This document shows positions 20,101 through 26,700 of a DNA stretch of 64,000 bases, piece after piece. The translations under genes were made by a program, and so were the position numbers. How positions within the stretch are numbered: position 1 is the stretch's first letter; every line of letters begins with the position of its first letter. The stretch is from a virus (Duplodnaviria > Heunggongvirae > Uroviricota > Caudoviricetes): IMG/VR virus record IMGVR_UViG_3300012983_000030; one strand, written 5' to 3'. Below the pieces are notes generated by a model. It saw only the letters and a program-made list of their open reading frames with translations, had not been told where the DNA came from and did no database searches.

Positions 20101-20460
20101 ACACCTAAACAAAATCGTACTATTTATAGAGTAATAAATACATTTGGTGAAAAAAATCAAACAATGCAAGCAATTGAAGAGTTAATGGAATTGCAAAAAG
20201 CTTTGTTTGAAAATATACATCGCGGAACTGATAATATTGAAAATATTATAGAAGAAGTTGCAGATGTAGAAATTATGCTACATCAAATAAAACAAATTTA
20301 TAATATAGATCAAGAAAAAATTGAAAATATAAAAGATTATAAATTAGAAAGACTTGATCATACTATAGATAAGTATATCACTAAGAATGGAAAAATAAAT
20401 ACTGCTGAAACTAAAGCAACTGAAGTTCATATAGATAGAAATACATCAAATGGTCGATAA
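20098..20460 (+). CDS. MazG-like nucleotide pyrophosphohydrolase
   Basis: Small all-alpha MazG-like pattern: EELMELQKAL...EEVADVEIML. Confidence 0.5.
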   Translation: MTPKQNRTIYRVINTFGEKNQTMQAIEELMELQKALFENIHRGTDNIENIIEEVADVEIMLHQIKQIYNIDQEKIENIKDYKLERLDHTIDKYITKNGKINTAETKATEVHIDRNTSNGR

Positions 20461-20476
20461 TAAAGGAGAAAATATA

Positions 20477-20653
20477 ATGTTTGTAATTAAAAATACAAAA
20501 TATTCATATAATGCTTATTTAAATGAAAAAGGTGAATGGAAAGGATTATTATCTGCTAAAACTTTTAGTACTAGAGAAGAAGCTGAAGCAAATTTACCTG
20601 AAAATGGCGAAATAATTGCTTGGAATGAAGTAGTTGGTTTAAAAAATAAATAA
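20477..20653 (+). CDS. hypothetical small protein
   Basis: Shine-Dalgarno AAAGGAG seven nt upstream of the ATG at 20477. The ORF track started it at 20450. Confidence 0.35.
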   Translation: MFVIKNTKYSYNAYLNEKGEWKGLLSAKTFSTREEAEANLPENGEIIAWNEVVGLKNK

Positions 20654-21158
20654 AAATTTAATTAGAAATAATAATTTTTAATATTCTATATAAAAGATAA
20701 TTTTTTGTTTTACATTATATAATATTTTTAGTATAGTGTAAAAAGTTGTAGAACATAGTGAATAGGAATAATATTAAAATAACAATTCTGTTATATTAAA
20801 TACATTGACTCTACTTGGACTTCCATCTGTATTAACAGGTCTCCATGGAAGTGGATTATCATGAGCTGAACATCCTGTTGGGGTATGAGTCATAACTGCA
20901 ATTTGTGATGCAGTCCATTTAAACATGCTTGTATCATGCCACTCAATATTTGATTGTTTGACCACATTCTAAGATTGGTATAGGTAAAGATATTTCTTTT
21001 GTTTTATGGGTAATAATCACCGTATGACGACGATGTTATGAAGTTTCAAATTACAGTAGTATAATATAACACTGGCAGTCTTAAATTTCTTAGTCAGGAC
21101 CTGGTCTTAATTAGATTATTTTTACTTAAATAATCTATAAAAGAAATTTATATACTGT

Positions 21159-21233
21159 AGCGAGGTAGAGCAGTGGTAGCTCACAAGGCTCATAACCTTG
21201 GGGTCGGAGGTTCAATTCCTTCCCTCGCAACCA
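21159..21233 (+). tRNA. tRNA-Met(CAT): tRNA-Met/Ile2 (anticodon CAT)
   Basis: Cloverleaf traced by hand: D-arm TAGAGCAGTGGTAGCTC, anticodon loop CTCATAA, T-loop TTCAATT, CCA encoded. There is an A1:A72 mismatch. Confidence 0.6.
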
Positions 21234-21490
21234 AAATAATAAAATTTATACTTCTTTAAGCACGTACAGCAATTTTAACAAAAATCAAACTTTTACTTTG
21301 ATCAATAGTGCTTAGTCGAAGAAATAAAGACAAATCCAATTATCTATTCTAGATTAAATAATTGGCGGTAATCCTTGCCGCACAAGGAAGTTTGCATAGA
21401 ACTTTTCTATGTAGGTAGTATAAAGGATGCCTGATCTGCAGTCAAAGTTTTTGAGGTTAAATATACCCTTAAACACCTTTATTTTTTTTT

Positions 21491-21575
21491 GGAGGGTTCG
21501 CATAATGGTATTGCAGCGGTCTTGAAAACCGCCGACCGAAAGGTTGTGAGAGTTCGAGTCCCTCACCCTCCGCCA
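21491..21575 (+). tRNA. tRNA-Ser(TGA): tRNA-Ser (anticodon TGA), type II
   Basis: Acceptor GGAGGGT/ACCCTCC, anticodon arm GCGGT-CTTGAAA-ACCGC, long variable arm, CCA encoded. Confidence 0.6.
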
Positions 21576-21582
21576 AAAATTT

Positions 21583-21658
21583 GGTCCGTTGGGAAAACAG
21601 TTAATCCGCCTCCCTGTCACGGAGGAGATAATCGGGGCAGCACCGATACGGATCGCCA
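21583..21658 (+). tRNA. tRNA-Asp(GTC): tRNA-Asp (anticodon GTC)
   Basis: Anticodon arm CCTCC-CTGTCAC-GGAGG, T-arm ATCGG...CCGAT, acceptor pairs, CCA encoded. Confidence 0.55.
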
Positions 21659-21664
21659 ATTTTT

Positions 21665-21749
21665 GGATTCGTGGCGAAATGGGTAAATACAAGGGATTTA
21701 AAATTCCTTGGTCATCATGACTTTATGAGTTCAACTCTTATCGAATCCA
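21665..21749 (+). tRNA. tRNA-Leu(TAA): tRNA-Leu (anticodon TAA), type II
   Basis: Acceptor GGATTCG/CGAATCC, anticodon loop TTTAAAA, variable-arm hairpin GTCATCATGAC. Confidence 0.55.
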
Positions 21750-21821
21750 CTAAAAAACTAGTACAAATCTAATATAATCGCCATTTTAATAGTTCTGTAC
21801 AGTAAATAAAGGAGTATTAAA

Positions 21822-22754
21822 ATGAAAATAAATGAAGATCTTATAAATAAAGCTTTGGAAGTAGCAACATCTCAAAAAGAATTTTATAGAATAATTGGTT
21901 ATAAAAATGGAAATGTTGGAAGTAATACAGATAAACGCTATAAAAAATTTTTGTTAGATACAAAAAATATTAATATAATTGAATACTTTTTAGAAAAACA
22001 AAAATTGTTAAATAAAAGTATAAATCAAGAAGAAAAAATATGTAAAAATTGTGGAAAAATATTTGTTGGTAAATATTCAAAAAATTGTTCTGGAGAATTT
22101 TGTTGTTTAAAATGCAGTAGAATATATGTTGCCAATTTAAATAAAACAGAAAAAAGAGAAAAAATACGTTTAGGATTGAAAAGACATTATGATAAATTAA
22201 TTGATTTTATACCAAAATATCAATCTAAAATTAAACCTTTTTATAAAAAATGTATTATTTGTGGTAAAGAATTTAAAACAATAAAAGCTAAAACAAAAAC
22301 ATGTAGTCATAGTTGTGCTTCAAAATTGGCATATAAAGTTTCAAAAGAAAAATATCAAGATTGGAAATTTATACAAGGAGGTTTTAGAGAAAAATCTTCA
22401 AGAGGTAAACAAGGTTGGTATAAAAATATTTTTTGTAATTCTCAATGGGAATTGGCTTTTGTAATATATTGTTTAGATCATAATATAAAAATAGAAAGAA
22501 ATAAAGAAAACTTTATATATTTTTATAAAAATAAACAACATTTATTTTATCCTGATTTTATTGTTAATGGAAAATTAGTTGAAATAAAAAATTATTGGCG
22601 TGAAATAAATGATATTAAAATAAATGCAGTTAAACAAATAAAAGATATAGATATTTTATATACAAAAGAGTTAGAATATGTTTTTGATTATATCTTAAAT
22701 AAATATGGAAAAGATAAAAGACATATTTATGAATTATATGAAAAAACATTATAG
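21822..22754 (+). CDS. zinc-finger protein, probably a homing-endonuclease-like gene embedded in the tRNA array
   Basis: Several CxxC pairs. The N-terminal region resembles that of the HNH gene at 34849. Its position between tRNAs is typical of mobile endonucleases. Confidence 0.4.
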   Translation: MKINEDLINKALEVATSQKEFYRIIGYKNGNVGSNTDKRYKKFLLDTKNINIIEYFLEKQKLLNKSINQEEKICKNCGKIFVGKYSKNCSGEFCCLKCSRIYVANLNKTEKREKIRLGLKRHYDKLIDFIPKYQSKIKPFYKKCIICGKEFKTIKAKTKTCSHSCASKLAYKVSKEKYQDWKFIQGGFREKSSRGKQGWYKNIFCNSQWELAFVIYCLDHNIKIERNKENFIYFYKNKQHLFYPDFIVNGKLVEIKNYWREINDIKINAVKQIKDIDILYTKELEYVFDYILNKYGKDKRHIYELYEKTL

Positions 22755-22866
22755 ATTGGGTTCTATTGTCTAATAACTAAGGCATCAGGTTTTTTATGAA
22801 GTAATTAAATAAGGTTCGATTCCTTTACTGTCTATTCAGTCTAATGGTTAGTTTACTTCATTTATT

Positions 22867-22939
22867 ACACTCATAGGCTAATTGGACAAACCCAAAGTCT
22901 TCTAAACTTTTATTACAGGTTCGAGTCCTGTTGAGTGTG
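22867..22939 (+). tRNA. tRNA-Arg(TCT): tRNA-Arg (anticodon TCT)
   Basis: Acceptor ACACTCA/TGAGTGT, anticodon arm AAAGT-CTTCTAA-ACTTT, T-arm ACAGG-TTCGAGT-CCTGT. Confidence 0.55.
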
Positions 22940-23228
22940 CTAGCATTTTATTCCCAGTGCGAGGGATTAAGATTAATTGAGTAAATCTAACACACGAATG
23001 ATAGAGGCAACCACCGAAAGAGCTAATAGGAATTTTCTTAGGTAAGTCGTGATATCCGAAAGATTTATTGTCCTAACTCTGCCTAACGCTGATTCGCACC
23101 TTGTACATAAAGTATCAATTAATCGTTTATATAGGATGTCATATTTCGTAAGAATATGAGGGTCAGGATTAAGTTCACAAAAGAGATAAAGTAGATGTTA
23201 ACCTCTACCTATCCTATATTTTTTAGTT

Positions 23229-23304
23229 GGGGGTATAGCTCAGCTGGGAGAGCACCTGCTTTGCAAGCAGGGGGTCAGGAGTTCGAACCTCCTTACCTCC
23301 ACCA
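23229..23304 (+). tRNA. tRNA-Ala(TGC): tRNA-Ala (anticodon TGC)
   Basis: Matches the GGGGGTATAGCTCAGCTGGGAGAGC consensus, G3:U70 pair, anticodon loop TTTGCAA, CCA encoded. Confidence 0.8.
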
Positions 23305-23311
23305 TTTTATA

Positions 23312-23438
23312 AGAGGAGCTCTACTATGTCAAATTAGTATTTCTGCAGAAAGAAAGTTTGATTAAGAAGACGGGAAGTAGAGGGAAATTCTAATATCTGC
23401 AGGCATTAGTTGTGTGTGGTTCGACTCCACCTCCTCTA
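23312..23438 (+). ncRNA. tRNA-like gene of about 127 nt: perfect acceptor halves and a canonical T-arm, but about 50 extra nt inside
   Basis: 5' AGAGGAG pairs with 3' CTCCTCT; T-arm GTGGTTCGACTCCAC; a CTGCAG...CTGCAG segment lies between them. Too long for any standard tRNA. Confidence 0.35.
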
Positions 23439-23452
23439 GCCGTTTTTTTTTT

Positions 23453-23544
23453 GGAATCATGGGTGAGTGGCTGAAACCAGCAGTTTGCTAAACTGTCGTT
23501 CCTTTTATAAGGGACCGAAGGTTCGAATCCTTCTGATTCCGCCA
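23453..23544 (+). tRNA. tRNA-Ser(GCT): tRNA-Ser (anticodon GCT), type II
   Basis: Acceptor GGAATCA/TGATTCC, anticodon loop TTGCTAA, long variable arm, T-arm GAAGGTTCGAATCCTTC, CCA encoded. Confidence 0.6.
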
Positions 23545-23555
23545 AAATTAATAAT

Positions 23556-23630
23556 GCGACTATAGTACAACGGTTAGTACGAAGCCTTGCCAAGGCCTAG
23601 ATACGAGTTCGATTCTCGTTAGTCGCTCCA
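23556..23630 (+). tRNA. tRNA-Gly(GCC): tRNA-Gly (anticodon GCC)
   Basis: Acceptor GCGACTA/TAGTCGC, anticodon arm AAGCC-TTGCCAA-GGCCT, T-arm ACGAG-TTCGATT-CTCGT, CCA encoded. Confidence 0.7.
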
Positions 23631-23643
23631 TTTTTTTTTTTCA

Positions 23644-23735
23644 TGGGGGTCGGTAAAACTATCCTTACAGATGCTAGCTATAGTTTGGACGTTTACATAG
23701 GTTGCGCAATGACACCGATATAGCTACCCCCGCCA
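23644..23735 (+). ncRNA. non-canonical tRNA-like RNA of about 92 nt (GGGGGT...ACCCCCGCCA ends, internal 8-bp stem, no TTCGA T-loop)
   Basis: Closing helix GGGGGT/ACCCCC with a CCA-like 3' end; inner stem TAGCTATA/TATAGCTA. It ends 2 nt before tRNA-Glu. Confidence 0.3.
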
Positions 23736-23737
23736 AT

Positions 23738-23814
23738 GGTCCCGTCGTCTAGCGGCCTAGGACATCTCCCTTTCACGGAGAAGATCACGAGTTCGAATCT
23801 CGTCGGGATCACCA
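23738..23814 (+). tRNA. tRNA-Glu(TTC): tRNA-Glu (anticodon TTC)
   Basis: Acceptor GGTCCCG/CGGGATC, anticodon arm TCTCC-CTTTCAC-GGAGA, CCA encoded. Confidence 0.65.
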
Positions 23815-23867
23815 GTTTACTATATACTTTGTTCTAAAAGGTAGATAAATCTTCTAGGACATTAAGT

Positions 23868-24386
23868 ATGCGAATATATACTGATGCGAGTACCAGAAAA
23901 AATATATCTGGAATAGCTTTTGTCGTAACAAATGCTAAAGATGAAGTACTCTGTAGAAAGGGAGTAATCGTAGAAGAATCTGATAATAATTCTGCAGAAT
24001 TACGTGCGATTTTATTTGCATTAGCTTATACTAAAAGTACAAAAGAGCATACTACAATATTTACTGATTCTACTTATGCTATAAATGCTATACGAAATGG
24101 TTACTATAGACCAAATGAAAAGAAGATAGTAGAAGAAATTCATAAAAATATGAAAGAACGTAAATGTCATTTAATGTGGATTAAAGGGCATTGTCAAGAT
24201 GGTACTATTCTTTTATATTATAATAAACAAGCGGATAAATGTGCAAAAGAAGTAAGAAAAGCTTATGAAAATGAATTACTTCTTCAAAAAAAGAAAAATA
24301 TTCAATTACTTAGAGATCAATATAGAAAAAAATCTAAGAAAAATAAAAAACAGAAATTTATTACAAAAAATAATTCAAGAGAATAG
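23868..24386 (+). CDS. rnhA: ribonuclease H
   Basis: RNase H-fold catalytic motifs: IYTDAS...AELRAILFAL...TDSTYAIN...GHCQDGT..N.QADKCA. Confidence 0.65.
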   Translation: MRIYTDASTRKNISGIAFVVTNAKDEVLCRKGVIVEESDNNSAELRAILFALAYTKSTKEHTTIFTDSTYAINAIRNGYYRPNEKKIVEEIHKNMKERKCHLMWIKGHCQDGTILLYYNKQADKCAKEVRKAYENELLLQKKKNIQLLRDQYRKKSKKNKKQKFITKNNSRE

Positions 24387-24407
24387 TTCTTATATAAGTA
24401 ATTTTAA

Positions 24408-24481
24408 GCCGAATTAGTTAAATGGTATAACAGTTGACTTGTAATCATCTATTGGAAGTTCGATTCTTTCATTCGGCACCA
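24408..24481 (+). tRNA. tRNA-Thr(TGT): tRNA-Thr (anticodon TGT)
   Basis: Acceptor GCCGAAT/ATTCGGC, D-stem GTTA/TAAC, anticodon loop CTTGTAA, CCA encoded. Confidence 0.6.
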
Positions 24482-24486
24482 TTTAT

Positions 24487-24563
24487 TGGTCGGTAGCTCA
24501 GGTGGTTAGAGCACAGCTCTGATAAAGCTGGGGTCGCAAGTTCGAGTCTCGCTCGGCCAACCA
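24487..24563 (+). tRNA. tRNA-Ile(GAT): tRNA-Ile (anticodon GAT)
   Basis: D-arm TAGCTCAGGTGGTTAGAGC, anticodon arm CAGCT-CTGATAA-AGCTG, CCA encoded. Confidence 0.7.
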
Positions 24564-24574
24564 TTTTAGTTTAT

Positions 24575-24649
24575 TGGGATGTAGCACAGTGGTAGTGCAA
24601 TCGGCTGTTAACCGATTGGTCGGGGGTTCGAATCCCTCCATCCCAGCCA
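24575..24649 (+). tRNA. tRNA-Asn(GTT): tRNA-Asn (anticodon GTT)
   Basis: Acceptor TGGGATG/CATCCCA, anticodon arm ATCGG-CTGTTAA-CCGAT, CCA encoded. Confidence 0.7.
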
Positions 24650-24672
24650 AATTTTAAAAGGAGTGTTATATA

Positions 24673-24858
24673 ATGGCGATAGAAAAGAAAAAGAAATCTT
24701 TTGAAGAAATAATGTTTGCAAAACGCTGGGCAAAGAGAATGAAATTAATGCCAAGTTTTCATTTATTAAAAAGTACAGTAGGTAAAGCTCCGGCTTGTAA
24801 TACAAATACTACTAAAAAAGAAGTAACATTACAAGTGGCTAGTAAAAAGAAAAAATAA
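24673..24858 (+). CDS. small basic protein (hypothetical)
   Basis: Shine-Dalgarno AAAGGAG seven nt upstream; 61 aa, Lys-rich; a terminator follows. Confidence 0.35.
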   Translation: MAIEKKKKSFEEIMFAKRWAKRMKLMPSFHLLKSTVGKAPACNTNTTKKEVTLQVASKKKK

Positions 24859-24898
24859 TCAAATTTTTGTTTTACTTTTAAAAAATTTAGTATATATT

Positions 24899-24933
24899 AA
24901 AAGTGTTCTTAAAAAATATAGGAACACTTTTTT
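24899..24933 (+). terminator. rho-independent terminator
   Basis: Hairpin AAGTGTTC...GAACACTT followed by a T-run. Confidence 0.55.
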
Positions 24934-24951
24934 AAAATTATTATTTAAGAA

Positions 24952-25038
24952 GGGCTTGTGGCGGAACAGGTAGACGCTGCAGACTTAAAATCTGTTGTCC
25001 GCAAGGACGTGCCGGTTCGATTCCGGCCTAGCCCACCA
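24952..25038 (+). tRNA. tRNA-Leu(TAA): tRNA-Leu (anticodon TAA), type II; second copy
   Basis: Anticodon arm GCAGA-CTTAAAA-TCTGT, variable-arm hairpin GTCCGCAAGGAC, T-arm CCGGTTCGATTCCGG, CCA encoded. Confidence 0.6.
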
Positions 25039-25056
25039 TTTAATGAAAGATGCTAA

Positions 25057-25296
25057 ATGCAAAAATGTAAAATACGATTACAAAATGATATAGAATGGGA
25101 AGAATATGAAAATGAACAAAATGTTCATCCTATGATATTAGTACAATCGTGGGTAGAAAAGCATCCTGAATGGTATGCAAAAAGTGTAGTTTTAGATGGT
25201 GATAGAGTATTATTTGTGGAAGTTTTAGATGAAGATATAATTCGTACTTTTCAAGTTACAGTGACATTTTCATTTAAAACGGTTGAAATAAGTTAA
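25057..25296 (+). CDS. hypothetical protein
   Basis: 79-aa ORF with a weak Shine-Dalgarno site. Confidence 0.3.
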   Translation: MQKCKIRLQNDIEWEEYENEQNVHPMILVQSWVEKHPEWYAKSVVLDGDRVLFVEVLDEDIIRTFQVTVTFSFKTVEIS

Positions 25297-25303
25297 TCTT
25301 ATG

Positions 25304-25419
25304 CGAGAAGTAGCTCAGTCTGGTAGAGCACGTATTTGTATTTAGTCCTAAATACGTACAGCATTATATTTTTTTGCTTGGTAAGCACGTGGTCATTGGT
25401 TCGAATCCAATCTTCTCGC
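25304..25419 (+). ncRNA. tRNA-like gene with a canonical 5' half and T-arm but an extra internal segment of about 42 nt
   Basis: 5' CGAGAAG-TA-GCTCAGTCTGGTAGAGC, T-arm ATTGGTTCGAATCCAAT, acceptor 3' CTTCTCG. The insert holds a 7-bp hairpin (CGTATTT/AAATACG) and a T-run. AGCACGT recurs on both sides of the insert. Confidence 0.4.
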
Positions 25420-25442
25420 ACTTTTTTAGAAAGGAAACATTA

Positions 25443-25700
25443 ATGAAATTATCTAAATCTGAAATTGAAAGAAAAGTAAAAGAAATATTAAGTGAAGTTT
25501 TAGTAGCACCTAAAGAATCAATTACTTTAAATGCAAATTTGGCACATGATTTAGGAGCAGATAGTTTAGATAATGTTGAAATAGTAATGTATTTAGAAGA
25601 AGAATTTGGGTATATTATTCCAGATGCGGTTACAGAAAAATTAGAAACAGTAGAAGATATTATTAATTATATAGAAGAAAGAGAAAAAAATGAAGTCTAA
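25443..25700 (+). CDS. acpP: acyl carrier protein
   Basis: Classic phosphopantetheine-attachment motif LGADSLDNVEIVMYLEEEFG. Shine-Dalgarno AAAGGAAA. The upstream part of the listed ORF (from 25374) overlaps a tRNA-like gene and is not coding. Confidence 0.7.
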   Translation: MKLSKSEIERKVKEILSEVLVAPKESITLNANLAHDLGADSLDNVEIVMYLEEEFGYIIPDAVTEKLETVEDIINYIEEREKNEV

Positions 25701-25891
25701 AAAAAATGACAATAACAGTTAAAATTCCAAAACCAAGGGATTTTAATTTAATAAATGCTCAAATAAAAGGATTGTTAAGAACAAAAGTAATTAGAAATAA
25801 AAAGAAAGACGTAAAAAAATATAATTGGAAAAAAGATATGTCTTATTATTTAAGTATTTTAACAATAAAGTATTTTAATAATAAGACATAT

Positions 25892-25968
25892 GCCTGATTA
25901 GCTCAGTCTGGTAGAGCATCTCGTTTACACCGAGAGGGTCGGCAGTTCGAACCTGTCATCAGGTACCA
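25892..25968 (+). tRNA. tRNA-Val(TAC): tRNA-Val (anticodon TAC)
   Basis: D-arm TAGCTCAGTCTGGTAGAGC, anticodon arm TCTCG-TTTACAC-CGAGA, CCA encoded. Confidence 0.7.
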
Positions 25969-26108
25969 TTTTTAATTTTAACTTCTTGTGGTGTAAGCGA
26001 TAGGTTTAATAATACTATAGCTCTTTTATTAAATCCTAACGGTAGTAGCTTAATTCCCACTAAGGTTTAGGTACAAGTGCAAGTCTTGTCAAGAAGAACA
26101 TTTTTTAT

Positions 26109-26188
26109 GGGGTGTTAAATCTGGTTCTAGAACAGATTGCTTAGGATGTAGGTCCAAGATAACGTGTGAAAATCATGTGGCCCCGCCA
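26109..26188 (+). ncRNA. non-canonical tRNA-like or structured RNA of about 80 nt (GGGGTGT...GGCCCCGCCA)
   Basis: Terminal helix with a CCA-like end followed by a T-run; internal palindromic hairpin AATCTGGTTCTAGAACAGATT; no canonical T-loop. Confidence 0.25.
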
Positions 26189-26277
26189 TTTTTTATAATA
26201 TTAAATATAATATTGTTTTACTTTCTAAATAATGTATATTAAATAATAAAAGTTGAAATTATTTAGAAAGGTTTAAA

Positions 26278-26445
26278 ATGACATATCAATATTATTCCAG
26301 AAAAGAATTACAAGAAATTTATAATACATCACAAAAGACAGAAAATCTCACATTTTCAACGTTTTATATTAGAGTACATCAATTAAATTGGTCTATTGAA
26401 AAAGCATTAACTTATTATGTAAAACCATTAAAAAGGAGAAAATAG
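26278..26445 (+). CDS. small hypothetical protein
   Basis: 55-aa ORF whose stop abuts the start of the next gene. Confidence 0.25.
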   Translation: MTYQYYSRKELQEIYNTSQKTENLTFSTFYIRVHQLNWSIEKALTYYVKPLKRRK

Positions 26446-26622
26446 ATGGCAAACTCTAGACAAGAATATAACTATGAGATTTTAAAAGTTCTGAAAGAAA
26501 ATATTAAAAAATATCCAGATTATAGATTTATCCAATTACTTTGGGCATTAAATATTATCGATGGCTCAGACAAGTTTTATGAAGAATCGAAAGAAACTTT
26601 AGATTATATAAAAGATAAATAA
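26446..26622 (+). CDS. small hypothetical protein
   Basis: Shine-Dalgarno AAAGGAG upstream; 58 aa. Confidence 0.3.
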   Translation: MANSRQEYNYEILKVLKENIKKYPDYRFIQLLWALNIIDGSDKFYEESKETLDYIKDK

Positions 26623-26700
26623 AAAATATTATTCCTGTTTTACTTTTTTATAAATTCATAGTATATAAAAAGTATTCTATAAATAAAAAAGGAGAAATTT

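Noticed and set aside
21354-21692. Minus-strand 112-aa ORF and plus-strand 65-aa ORF (21489-21686)
   Set aside because: They overlap tRNA-Ser, tRNA-Asp and tRNA-Leu. The translations reflect tRNA sequence, not coding sequence.
22757-22866. Possible tRNA (consensus T-arm AAGGTTCGATTCCTT)
   Set aside because: I could not find a 5' acceptor strand complementary to the 3' side, nor an anticodon arm. I treated it as a degenerate tRNA fragment, not as a gene.
23390-23593. Minus-strand 67-aa ORF
   Set aside because: Spans tRNA-Ser(GCT) and tRNA-Gly.
24608-24805. Minus-strand 65-aa ORF
   Set aside because: Overlaps tRNA-Asn, and overlaps the better-supported plus-strand small gene that has a Shine-Dalgarno site.
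25706-25897. Plus-strand 63-aa ORF
   Set aside because: No Shine-Dalgarno site, runs into tRNA-Val, low-complexity K-rich sequence. It might be real, but support is weak.
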